Below, piece by piece: positions 1-9,323 of a stretch of DNA of 64,000 nucleotides. The translations under genes and the position numbers were made by a program. The first letter of the stretch is position 1, and each line of letters begins with the position of its first letter. Source of the stretch: Candidatus Multivoradales bacterium (GTDB lineage: Bacteria > Acidobacteriota > Thermoanaerobaculia > Multivoradales > JAHEKO01); the NCBI GenBank assembly GCA_965223155.1, contig CBDCVR010000013.1, positions 192,001-256,000 of the forward strand, given 5' to 3'. The notes beneath the pieces are model-generated. The model searched no databases and was not told where the DNA came from. It saw only the letters and a list, made by a program, of their open reading frames with translations.

Positions 1-2124
1 GTCTCGGACGGCAGCGGGAGCACTGGCTCAGCGACCAGGCTCGCCTCCCGGCGCACCTACGGTCTGGGCTTGGATGAGATCGTCCGCCAGGAGACCGATG
101 TCGACGGCGACGGCACCCTCGAGACGGTGACCGTGCCGGTCTACGACTCGACCGGCAACCTGGTGCTTGCGACCGGCCCGGACGGGCGCACCCTCGAGCG
201 CTACGAGTACACCCCGTACGGCGGCCGGACGACCTTCACCGACTTGACCGGTCCGCGCCTCGAACAGCTCCGCGCGGTCGAGGGCCCTGGCGGGAGCACA
301 GGCGGCGGCGAGCTCTGGCTCGAGCTCTCGGAGGCGGCGTTACCGGTTCCACTCGAAGCGGCCGCAACCGCGGATACACTTACCGTCAGCGTGGATGGAG
401 CAGTCGAGACCCTGACGGTGAGCCAGCCGGTCCTGACCGGCCGGGAGGCCCGGCGCCGCGTGGTGCTGGCGCTCGGCACGACCCCGGCGGCCGGTGCCGC
501 CGTCGAGCTGACGATCCCGGGCTCCGCCCTGGTGGACGAGTCCGGCAACGAGGCGAGCGCCGACATCACCCAGAGCTTCACCTGGCCGGGAGCCGGTTCC
601 GGTAGCTCGGGTAGCTCTGGCTCCGTCGTCTTCGACGACACCGACCCGCGCGTGGGCCTCGTCTCGACCTACCGGGACGGCAACCCGGTCCTGACCGTCC
701 AGCTCTCCGAAGAGGCGGACCTGGCTGCTGCGGCCACCGCCATCACCCTCGACGGCGCTCCGACCTCCTGGACCCTCGAGCCCGACCGCTACACCCTGAG
801 CAGCACAGCCAGCCTCCCGGCCGGCACCCACACCCTGGCAGTCTCGACCACCCCCCTCGACCTCGCCGGCCGCGGCCTCACCGAGCCCTTGGAGCTGACC
901 TTCTCCGTGACCGCGAATCCGTCCGGCGCCGGCTGCGCCCCAGGCACCCTCTGCGGCTCCGCCAACACACCCTTCCTCTACGAAGGCCCCAAGGCGAACC
1001 AGGTCACGACCTCGACGGTAGGGAACGCCCACGGCTTCCACGGCCGGCCCGTCGATCCTGAGACGGGGTTGGTCTTCGTTCGGAATCGTTTCTATGACCC
1101 GGAGATGGGGCGGTTTATTTCGGACGACCCGCACCTCTACAGCGACGGACCGAACACCGGGCAGTTTGCGCTCAACAGCCCCTTCGTCCTGGGCGACTCG
1201 ATGGGGACGGCAGTCCACGGGTATGCGACGGCGCGGCTAACCCGAGGTCAGGCCCATGCCGGTTACGTGCACTTCGATCCGGTGAACCCGACGACGTTCG
1301 TGCCCCAGGACTCGGCTTCCCGGGGGTACGCTCCGTTTCGGTCGATGATGGCAGGCGTGATGGCAGGCAAGAGCCGTCTGGTGACGTTTGTCCATGGCTA
1401 CAACGTCGAGGAAGGTGGGCAGAAGGGATTCCGGGACGCCTTGACCCATCTCGACGACGGGTTTTCCGGGGCGGGAGTCCCACAGGACCTCTACGGTTTT
1501 ACCTGGAAGGGAGATCCGCTCGGGCGTCCGGCTTCGATGCCGTTCTTCTGGTGGTCGGAAGGCAACGCCGATCTCGCGGGCTATGCCTTCGGCCGCTACT
1601 TGATGCACACGCGCCAGGCTGCGGGCGCGGGACCGGACCTCTTTGCGATCACGCACAGCCTGGGGGCGCGAGTCGCGCTTCGCGGGTTGCAATTTCTCTC
1701 GACGCTGCGTAAGGGTGCGGACAATGCGGGCTCCCACCAGAACCTGGATGGATTGTTCATGCTGAATGCCGCAGTGACGAGGGGCTCGATCCTTCCAGGA
1801 GGCTTCTTGGAGAGCGCACTGGGGAACGTGAATGCGGTCGGCAACTTCCACAGCAAGAAGGACCCGGTGCTGGCCAGGGCCTTCCGGATCGCCAAGTTGG
1901 GGCGCAGGGCGCTGGGATCGGGCGCGATTAGGGAGGTTTTGCTGCGCGGCGGGGTTACGAACCTCAGAGACTTCGACATGCTGGACCCGAATGTCGCGGG
2001 TTCGCCTGTCATGACTCACGGGGATCATCTCCACCCTGGGCTGTGGGCAGCTGCGGGGGTGAATCACGATCAGCTATTTCGGACGCTGGAGGTGCGAATG
2101 GGTAAGGCATCGAGGAACCAGTGA
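1..2124 (+). CDS. Rhs/YD-repeat polymorphic toxin, 3' part (5'-truncated by window edge); Rhs core split by Ig-like domains; C-terminal alpha/beta-hydrolase domain
   Basis: Frame is open from base 1 (VSDGSGSTGSATRLASRRTYGLGLDE...). Rhs core motifs ERYEYTPYG and GFHGRPVDPETGLVFVRNRFYDPEMGRFISDDP...NSPFVLGDSMG. C-terminal domain has FVHGYN, THSLG, SKKDPVL and a distal His. Confidence 0.9.
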   Translation, partial: VSDGSGSTGSATRLASRRTYGLGLDEIVRQETDVDGDGTLETVTVPVYDSTGNLVLATGPDGRTLERYEYTPYGGRTTFTDLTGPRLEQLRAVEGPGGSTGGGELWLELSEAALPVPLEAAATADTLTVSVDGAVETLTVSQPVLTGREARRRVVLALGTTPAAGAAVELTIPGSALVDESGNEASADITQSFTWPGAGSGSSGSSGSVVFDDTDPRVGLVSTYRDGNPVLTVQLSEEADLAAAATAITLDGAPTSWTLEPDRYTLSSTASLPAGTHTLAVSTTPLDLAGRGLTEPLELTFSVTANPSGAGCAPGTLCGSANTPFLYEGPKANQVTTSTVGNAHGFHGRPVDPETGLVFVRNRFYDPEMGRFISDDPHLYSDGPNTGQFALNSPFVLGDSMGTAVHGYATARLTRGQAHAGYVHFDPVNPTTFVPQDSASRGYAPFRSMMAGVMAGKSRLVTFVHGYNVEEGGQKGFRDALTHLDDGFSGAGVPQDLYGFTWKGDPLGRPASMPFFWWSEGNADLAGYAFGRYLMHTRQAAGAGPDLFAITHSLGARVALRGLQFLSTLRKGADNAGSHQNLDGLFMLNAAVTRGSILPGGFLESALGNVNAVGNFHSKKDPVLARAFRIAKLGRRALGSGAIREVLLRGGVTNLRDFDMLDPNVAGSPVMTHGDHLHPGLWAAAGVNHDQLFRTLEVRMGKASRNQ
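38..657 (+). repeat. Copy 1 of a ~600 bp diverged direct repeat (rhs core/Ig region); copy 2 at ~6577-7174
   Basis: Long identical runs, e.g. gtgaccgtgccggtctacgactcgaccggcaacctggtgcttgcgaccgg; differences are mostly third-position changes and short Gly/Ser indels. Confidence 0.9.
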
Positions 2125-3287
2125 CACAGAAGTTTCTGCTGTCGGCGACGACGCTGCTGTGGATCAGCTGTTCCACGATGGCGATGGGCTCCGATCCGTA
2201 CGGCCCGAAAGCGGTGAACTACCTGGATATCTCGGCGGACGGGAAGTATCTGGGGGGCGTGCGCCAAGACGGTTTCGCGTTCGTGATCGACTTAGAGAGT
2301 CGCAAGCGGGTGAGCAATCTTTCGCGCGGGAAGTTCCCGGGGCTCCCTGGGGGGCCGCGCGTCCAGTTTCTGGCGTTCCGGGGCTCCCGTGGGGAGGTCG
2401 TCTGGGATTGCCGTTCGGGGAGTGTTTGCGTGACGGACCTGGCGACGGGTGAGCGGGAGTTTCTGTTCGAGCACGACCCGCAAGACAACGTGATGGTGGG
2501 AGCGGTGTCGCGGGACGGAGAACGGATGGCGTTCGGTACGCGGGGGGAAAGAGTGTTTTCCTACGACGCGCGTACCGGCGAACAGGTGACGCTCAAGCCA
2601 AAGAACATCTGGGACCGGGTGGGGTTTCCGATGTACACACTGGAAGCGCCGCCGACGCTGGACTTCCTGATCACGGCCTCAGCGGAGGTCGGCGCAGAGG
2701 CTCTCTACGAGAAGAGGGAATCGACGCGGCGTCACGACGAGGAGCGATACCTGGAAGTGCGGCACCACGATGGGAGCTATCGACTTGAGCCGATGCATCG
2801 GGGGATCAACCTGTGGACCTGGGGGGACGACTGGCCAGAGATGATCGACGACGACTTCTCGGACAAGATTCGGGCGGACTGGTCCCGGGACGGACGGTTG
2901 GTGGCGATTAACCAACAGGGAGGTAGCTCCTACTTCGTATACGAGGTTGGCGAAGATGGGGTGCGATGGGTTACCGATCTTTCGAAGGCTGGCGCTCGTG
3001 GTTGTGATGGTATGCGGTTCCTGGATGTTGAGGGGCGGTACCTAGGCGTAGTTAGCTACGGCCACCGATTCATGGAGGTTATTGATCGAGCCACTGTCGA
3101 TGTGAACCAGTACGCTCAGGGGACGGATCTGAAGCTTCGTGAAAAGCCCGCCGGCGGCCGCCGGATGATGGTCGCTTACCCGGAGAAGGGCTGGGTCTTC
3201 CTCGGGCTTCGAAACGGTGGGATCGACTGGTACCAGTTCCAGTCGGAACCCAAGCTCTCGCTTCGGCACATCGCGACTCTCCGGTAA
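2121..3287 (+). CDS. Secreted WD40/beta-propeller-like protein, candidate cognate immunity protein
   Basis: GTGA overlap with the toxin stop; N-terminal signal peptide with Cys17; repeated blade motifs ISADGKYL, VSRDGERM, WSRDGRLV. Confidence 0.75.
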   Translation: MTQKFLLSATTLLWISCSTMAMGSDPYGPKAVNYLDISADGKYLGGVRQDGFAFVIDLESRKRVSNLSRGKFPGLPGGPRVQFLAFRGSRGEVVWDCRSGSVCVTDLATGEREFLFEHDPQDNVMVGAVSRDGERMAFGTRGERVFSYDARTGEQVTLKPKNIWDRVGFPMYTLEAPPTLDFLITASAEVGAEALYEKRESTRRHDEERYLEVRHHDGSYRLEPMHRGINLWTWGDDWPEMIDDDFSDKIRADWSRDGRLVAINQQGGSSYFVYEVGEDGVRWVTDLSKAGARGCDGMRFLDVEGRYLGVVSYGHRFMEVIDRATVDVNQYAQGTDLKLREKPAGGRRMMVAYPEKGWVFLGLRNGGIDWYQFQSEPKLSLRHIATLR

Positions 3288-3443
3288 CACGGCTCGAGCC
3301 TCAGCCCGGCCCGGCACAGGCGTCTCAAGGAAGTCATCGAAGAGCGGTCCGAGCCCAAGAAGCGGTCCTCATCCATGGGAGTTCGAGAGCCTAGGTGTAG
3401 ATGTGGACTCTGACGCAGTGGCCTGAAAAATGGACACTATCTA

Positions 3444-3959
3444 ATGAGCCAAGAGTCGTTCGAGAAAAAGGGTCGCAAGGGAGAAGAGGCCCTCAACCGG
3501 TGGCTTAGCCGGCAGGGGATGAGTTACGTTGCGGTTTGTCAGGCTTCTGAGACCTTCTCTCCCTTGTTTGGCACTGATCTCAAGAGGCCAGACTTCCTGG
3601 TGTTGCTGGACTCGATCGGCCTGATTGCCGTAGATGCAAAGTTCCACGAACCTTGGAATGGAACCTACTCGCTGGGCTATGAGGACGAGATCCAGAGGGT
3701 GGTCACTTTCGAGCGGCTTTTCCGGTTGCCCTTTTGGTATGCCTATATGAGTAGCGAAGAGGGTCGCCTTTGGTATTGGGTCAGTGCCTTGAAGGCACTG
3801 GAGGTCGGCAAGAAGAAGAAGCGCAAGAAGGACGGCAAGGAGTTCTTGTCCATAGATCTGGACCACTTCTTGCGGATTGAAGATCGCTTTGATTTTGGCA
3901 AACTCTATACGCAGAAGATGAACAGCCTACGGCGGCTGCGGAATGCTCCTGCGGACTAG
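3444..3959 (+). CDS. PD-(D/E)XK-family nuclease-like protein
   Basis: GRKGEE helix, RPDFLV, AVDAK motifs; basic KKKKRKK patch; visibly less GC-rich than core genes. Confidence 0.65.
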   Translation: MSQESFEKKGRKGEEALNRWLSRQGMSYVAVCQASETFSPLFGTDLKRPDFLVLLDSIGLIAVDAKFHEPWNGTYSLGYEDEIQRVVTFERLFRLPFWYAYMSSEEGRLWYWVSALKALEVGKKKKRKKDGKEFLSIDLDHFLRIEDRFDFGKLYTQKMNSLRRLRNAPAD

Positions 3960-6900
3960 TTGTTCTCCTCTGATGGCAGTGGGTCAGGCTCCGAGTACGC
4001 CTACAACGACTACGGCCAGGTGACGCGGGCCACGAACCCGAACGGCAATGTGACCGAGTACTCGTACTTTGCGAGCGGTCCGAGCCTTGGCTACCTCCAG
4101 GAGACGGTTGCGGCACCGGGCGTGCTGGATCTAGCCACCCGGTACACGACCGACGCCCGGGGCAACGTCACGGCGGTGACGGATCCGCGGGGAGTACGAC
4201 ACACGACGGTCTACAACGAGCTCGACTGGCGGGTGGCCTCGACCCAGGCGGCGTCGGGGGCGTCGTCCACGCCGGCCCTGGGCTATACCTCGAGCTACCT
4301 CTACGACGCCAACGGCAATCTCGTAACCGAGCGGCAGCCGTTCGGGGAGACGGGCTCGGCGGCGACCGAGACCCGGTACACCTACGGTGCCTTGAGCGAG
4401 CTGGTGACGACGACGCGGGAGATCGAAGCGGGCGGCGCCGTCACCGTCGAGAGGCGGGCCTACGACCCCAACTACAACCTGGAGTCGGTGATCCACCCGG
4501 AGGGGAACGAGACCCGCAACGTCTACGGTCCGCGCAACCTCCTCCTCTCGACGACGCGAGGCTTCGGCTCGCCGGAGGCGGTCGTTGACTCCTATGTCTA
4601 CAACGCCGACCGCGAGCGGACGGCCTACACCAACGGGCGCTTGCAGAGCTTTGCGACCGAGTACGACGGCTACGGGCGGGTGGCTCGGGTGGTGGACCCC
4701 CTGGGCAATGCGACGGTGTCGAAGTACGACGCCAACGGCAACGTGGTCGAGTCCGAGCACTACGACCCGGCGGGGACGCTCCTGGCGGAGTCGGCCGGCG
4801 AGTACGACCTTCTGAACCGGAAGACGGCGAGCCTCGAGGCCCTCTTCGACGCCGGGGATCCTACGACCGAAGGGATCCTGCGCTCTGCGACCGTCTACGA
4901 TGCGGCCTCGAACGTCCTCCAGACGACCGACGCCTTGGGTCGGACGACGGTGTCGCGCTACGACTCAGCCGAGCGCCTGGTCGAGACCATCGACCCGGCC
5001 GGCAACCGGCTGGTGCGCACCCTCGACGCCAACGGCAACGCCACCTTGACGGAGTCGGTCGAGACGACCCCGGACGGCGGCACGGTGACGGTTCCGTACC
5101 AGACGGCCTACGATGCCTTGAACCGGCCGGTCTCGCGCACCGACGCTTTGGGGAACATGACCCGGACGGCCTACGACGCGCGCTCGAACGCGATCCGGCA
5201 AACGGACGCCGAAGGGCACGTGACGGCGTCGTTCTACGACGGTCTCGACCGGCGGATCCGGGCGGTGCGTCCGGAGGGGATCTCGATCGAGTCCGCCTTT
5301 GACGGCAACTCCCGGCTGACCCGGTACCGGGACGCTCGGGGCAACGAGACGAGCTGGACCTACGATGCCCTGGACCGGAAGGCGACGACGACCTATCCGG
5401 ACCAGACGTCCGAGAGCTACGCCTACGACGGCGCCGGCAACGTGACCCAGGTTGCCGACGCCAACGGCTCGACCGTGACCCAGACCTACGACGCGGCGAA
5501 CCGGCTGACGGCACGCTCGGTGGCGGCGGGTCCGGGCATCGAAGGCATCACGACCGAGACCTACGGCTACGACGGCCTGTCCCGGGTGGTGACGTCCGAG
5601 TCCCCGGCGGCGGTGACGAGCTTTGCCTACGACTCGCTGTCGCGGATGACCTCGGAATCGCGTGCGGTCGGCGGCGGCTCCGGCTCGACCGCTAAGATCG
5701 TCTCCTACGCCCACGACCGGGTGGGCTCGGTGACCCGTGCCACCTACCCGTCGGGGCACGAGGCGGCCCGGACGTTCGATCCGCTGGATCGGCCGCTGGG
5801 GGTCCAGGCGGGAACGGCTGGAGCGGGGAGCCAGGCCGTCTCCTACGGCTACAGGGGCCCGGACCTGGTCCAGACCAAGGCCCTGGGCAACGGCGTTGCG
5901 GGCGAGATGGCCTTCGACGGGGCGAAGCGAGTGGTGGGCACCTCGTACAGCCGGCCTGGCTCCAGTGGTTCGAGTGGCTCCAGCGGCGGCTCCGGTACGG
6001 CCTTCTCGGAGACGATCGCCTGGAGCCCGCGGCATCTCAAGGTCGAGACCACCCGGGCGGACCTGGGCGGGCGCGGGCTCCTGCTGGCCTACGACGGGGC
6101 GGGCCGAGTGACCGCGGCAGACAGCGTGCCCTCGCCCCAGACGGCCAACAACACGACCCCTGCCGGAGGGACGGGGTCCTCTGGAGGCGACGGCTTTGCC
6201 TTCGCCTACGACGCGGCCGAGAACCTCCTGTCCCGCTCGCGCTCGACCGGCCTCGGCACCGAGACCTCGGCCCTGCCGCTCGACGGCTCGGGCCGGAACC
6301 GCCCCGGTGAGGCGGACGGCCAGTCCCTGACCTACGACGCCAACGGGAACCTCGTCCAGAAGGGCAACCAGCGCTTTCACTACGACTACCGGAACCGCAT
6401 CGCCCGGGTGAGCGACGCGACCACCGGCGCCACGGTCGCCACCTACCTCTACGACAACTTCAACCGGCGTCTGGCGAAGACCGTCGAGACGGCGGAGGGC
6501 CCCAAGACCACCGAGACCGTCTGGGGCGGCTGGCAGAACCTGGAAGAGTATGTCTCTGCCGCGGGTGGAGGCCAGCGGCTTGCCTCCCGGCGCACCTACG
6601 GGATGGGCCTCGACGAGATTGTCCGCCAGGAGACGGACGTCGACGGCGACGGCACCCTCGAGACCGTGACCGTGCCGGTCTACGACTCGACCGGCAACCT
6701 GGTGCTTGCGACCGGGCCGGACGGCCGCACCCTGGAGCGCTACGAGTACACCCCGTACGGCGGCCGCACGATCTTTACCGACTTGACCGGTCCGCGCCTC
6801 GAACAGCTCCGCGCGGTTGGGAGCACAGGCGGCGGCGAGCTCTGGCTCGAGCTCTCCGAGGCGGCGTTACCGGTTCCACTCGAAGCGGCCGCAACCGCGG

Positions 6901-7202
6901 GTACACTTGCCGTCAGCGTGGACGGTACCGTCGAGACCCTGACCGTGAGCCAGCCGGTCCTGACCGGCCGGGAGGCGCGAAGACGCGTGGTGCTGGCGCT
7001 CGAGACGACCCCGGTTGCCGGTGCTGCCATCGAGGTGACGATCCCGGCCGAAGCCCTGGTGGATGAGTCCGGCAACGAGGCCACTACCGACATCACCCAG
7101 AGCTTCACCTGGCCGGGAGCCGGCGCTGGTAGCGCGACCTCGGTCATCCTCGATGACACCGACCCACGCGTGGGTGTCCCGTCCGCAGTGTCCGCGCGGT
7201 AG
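3960..7202 (+). pseudogene. Second Rhs/YD-repeat gene fragment, lacking N-terminus and C-terminal toxin domain
   Basis: 1080-codon YD-repeat ORF begins mid-repeat directly after the previous stop with no RBS. Homology to copy 1 ends at DDTDPRVG (7174), followed by unrelated sequence and a stop. Confidence 0.8.
6577..7174 (+). repeat. Copy 2 of the rhs core/Ig direct repeat
   Basis: Aligns by eye with 38-657; ends abruptly at gtggg|tgtcccgtcc. Confidence 0.9.
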
Positions 7203-8345
7203 TAGTTGACGTTCTTGGAGTCATTTTGTGGCCGGGCGGGCATTGGTCTCCGCTCCTGCCACGAGATGTGCCTCGATTTCCTAGATTTCTTTCTTCCTAG
7301 AGCCCCGCTCGTTCCCGGCCGAGACGCCTGAACGCGCTTCGCCCCCGGACGTTCGTCTCTGTTGCGGAAGCTCCGCATGGATTTGGCCGCCGCCCCCTCG
7401 CCCCGTCACTCCAGCCATCGGTAGCCGACGAGCACGCCGTGCCAGGTGGAGTAGAGGCGCGGCCTTGGTACCGGCTTGCGGACAACCCGCCAGGCCATGG
7501 CGGGTGTCAGGCCGTCGAGGTGCTGATGCGGGCGCAGGTGGTTGTACCAGGCGGTGAAGGTGTGGAGATCGGTGTCATCGGGCACAAACTGAGGCGCTGA
7601 TTCGCGGACCGCCCGGATCGCTTGCTTGAAGGTGAGAAAGAAGCGCTCGACCCTGCCGTTTTGCCAGGGGGCGTAGGGCGCAGTCCGCTGATGGCGGATG
7701 CCGAGAAGGAAGAGGCCGAGTCGAAAGGTCTTCGATGTGAAGACGGGTTCGTTGTCGGTGCGAAGACACTTGGGCCGCCCGTAGCGCTCGACTAGGTGGA
7801 GAAGGGCTCGTAACAGCGCGAGTGCCGTTCGCTCTCGAACTGCCGCGAGCATGAGACAGGCTCGCGTGCCGTGATCGAGAACGCCTAGGGCGCGCTTACC
7901 GTTCTCCGACCCGTTGGCGAGGTGGGTCAAATCGAGTCCCCAGGTGTGGTTTTGAGGGATCGGTCTCGGACGGCGGTGCTTGAGCCACTTCCGCTTCCGT
8001 ACGATCTCGAGCTGGCTTGCGCGCACGACGCCGGCGACGTAGGTCTTGCCGACAGTCATTGATCGGCTCGCGGCGTGGAGGTGATTGAAGGTGATGGCGA
8101 TCTTCCGGCAGCCGTTTTGGGGCATGAGAGCCTTCAGGCGGACGACCTCTCTGCGGACCCAGAGCGGCTTGGGTTGGCGAAGGACGCTTCGGTTTGCCCT
8201 GCCTCCCGGGGCCTTGCCTCGACGACGACGCCCGAGCCTGCCGCGTTGCAACGAGATCCAGCACCACCAACGCAGGAAGACAACCAGGCCGAGGGCGACG
8301 GCGACTCCCGCCGCCTGAGAGAAGCTCATGGTTGCGGAGTCTAGC
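7175..8345 (-). mobile_element. Putative insertion sequence (DDE/rve transposase, IS481/IS3-like); high-coordinate boundary uncertain
   Basis: Starts with TGT exactly at the rhs breakpoint (7175 TGTCCCGTCCGCAG) and contains a transposase; no clean matching inverted repeat or target duplication found. Confidence 0.55.
7406..8329 (-). CDS. Integrase-core (rve) DDE transposase
   Basis: HTH-like WVRREVVRLKALMPQNGCRKIA; catalytic WGLDLT, RTDNE, WQNGRVERFF; WYNHLRPHQHLDGLTP. ATG 8329 chosen because TAGACT lies 8 nt upstream. Confidence 0.85.
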   Translation of the reverse strand: MSFSQAAGVAVALGLVVFLRWWCWISLQRGRLGRRRRGKAPGGRANRSVLRQPKPLWVRREVVRLKALMPQNGCRKIAITFNHLHAASRSMTVGKTYVAGVVRASQLEIVRKRKWLKHRRPRPIPQNHTWGLDLTHLANGSENGKRALGVLDHGTRACLMLAAVRERTALALLRALLHLVERYGRPKCLRTDNEPVFTSKTFRLGLFLLGIRHQRTAPYAPWQNGRVERFFLTFKQAIRAVRESAPQFVPDDTDLHTFTAWYNHLRPHQHLDGLTPAMAWRVVRKPVPRPRLYSTWHGVLVGYRWLE

Positions 8346-8352
8346 TCGGTAG

Positions 8353-9200
8353 AATTGTGAGGCGGATCGAAGTGTTTGCCTCGTTGCCCAAGATCGGCTA
8401 CCGGTACGAGGAGCGAGCTGGCCACGAGGTTCGGATCTTGCTCTATGGGCACCACGCATCGCGTACTTGCTAACTGCGGAACGAGAGACTCGCCTTCTTG
8501 GGATCTTCTACGGGGCACTCGAGCTCGAGCTTTCTCTCTACCCTTGGCCGTCCGGTAGAATCAGCGTGGCGAATGTGGCCGTCGGCCTGGAGGGGTGCGG
8601 TGCTGACTTTCCGGCTGATCTCTAGGTCGGTTCGGGTGTGTCGTACGAATCGGGAATCCCGACGCTGTGTGATGTGCATGAAGCGTTCGGGGTCGACGAT
8701 GCACAAGGTGAAGGCTTCCCGATGGGATCTGACGACCCGCTCCCGGCCCGGCTGGCCGCGGATCCACTTGGGACATTTATGCGTTTCTCGGAGGTCCAGG
8801 TTCGCGCCATCGTGGCGGATCCAACTCCAACTCTCGAGATGATCGCAAGGCTTCACCGCGAGGGGCGGGTAGGTCGGAGTTTCACCGACAACGCTAACAA
8901 CCTCATCGCCAAGGTCGGCGTACCCTTCGAGCGCACGCGTGGCTCAGGCGTATTCAATGAACGCCATCCGGTGACGTTCTCCTCGCGCAATCTGATTGTC
9001 GTTGGCGTGGCGGCAGATCGTCGCGAGGTCGTTCGGCAGGCACGCCGTCGGCGCATGAGAGTGATTGTCGTCAACCCGTGCGCCACGGTCTCGCCGAATG
9101 TTCAACATCTGGACTTCCTCCGGCCCGACGATCGTTTCTACAGGCGACAGCGAACACCTATTTCGAAGCGGTCGGCTCAGAGCTCGGCTTGTCCGCCTGA
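8353..9200 (+). pseudogene. Decayed Sir2/sirtuin-like NAD-binding protein gene
   Basis: FPADL*VGSGVSYESGIP (GxGxSxxxGIP, in-frame TAG at 8623), TDNANNL, LIVVGV, VIVVNP; probable frameshift near 9146 restoring TANTYFEAVGSELGLSA* (TGA 9198-9200). 5' limit uncertain. Confidence 0.6.
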
Positions 9201-9323
9201 GAGATGGCCCAGGCTGGGTGGAGAGGTCAGCTTCGGTAGGACCCGAGCCTACCCGCGAGAGCGGGCCTTGCCACCGGTCGGTCAGGTGTGGCGGTCCGAG
9301 GGTTCGCGGCTCATAGTCGGGCG

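Noticed and set aside
3281-3443. Possible integron attC site after the immunity gene (TAAC at the stop codon)
   Set aside because: No RYYYAAC/GTTRRRY pair or matching long palindrome, and no integron integrase in the window.
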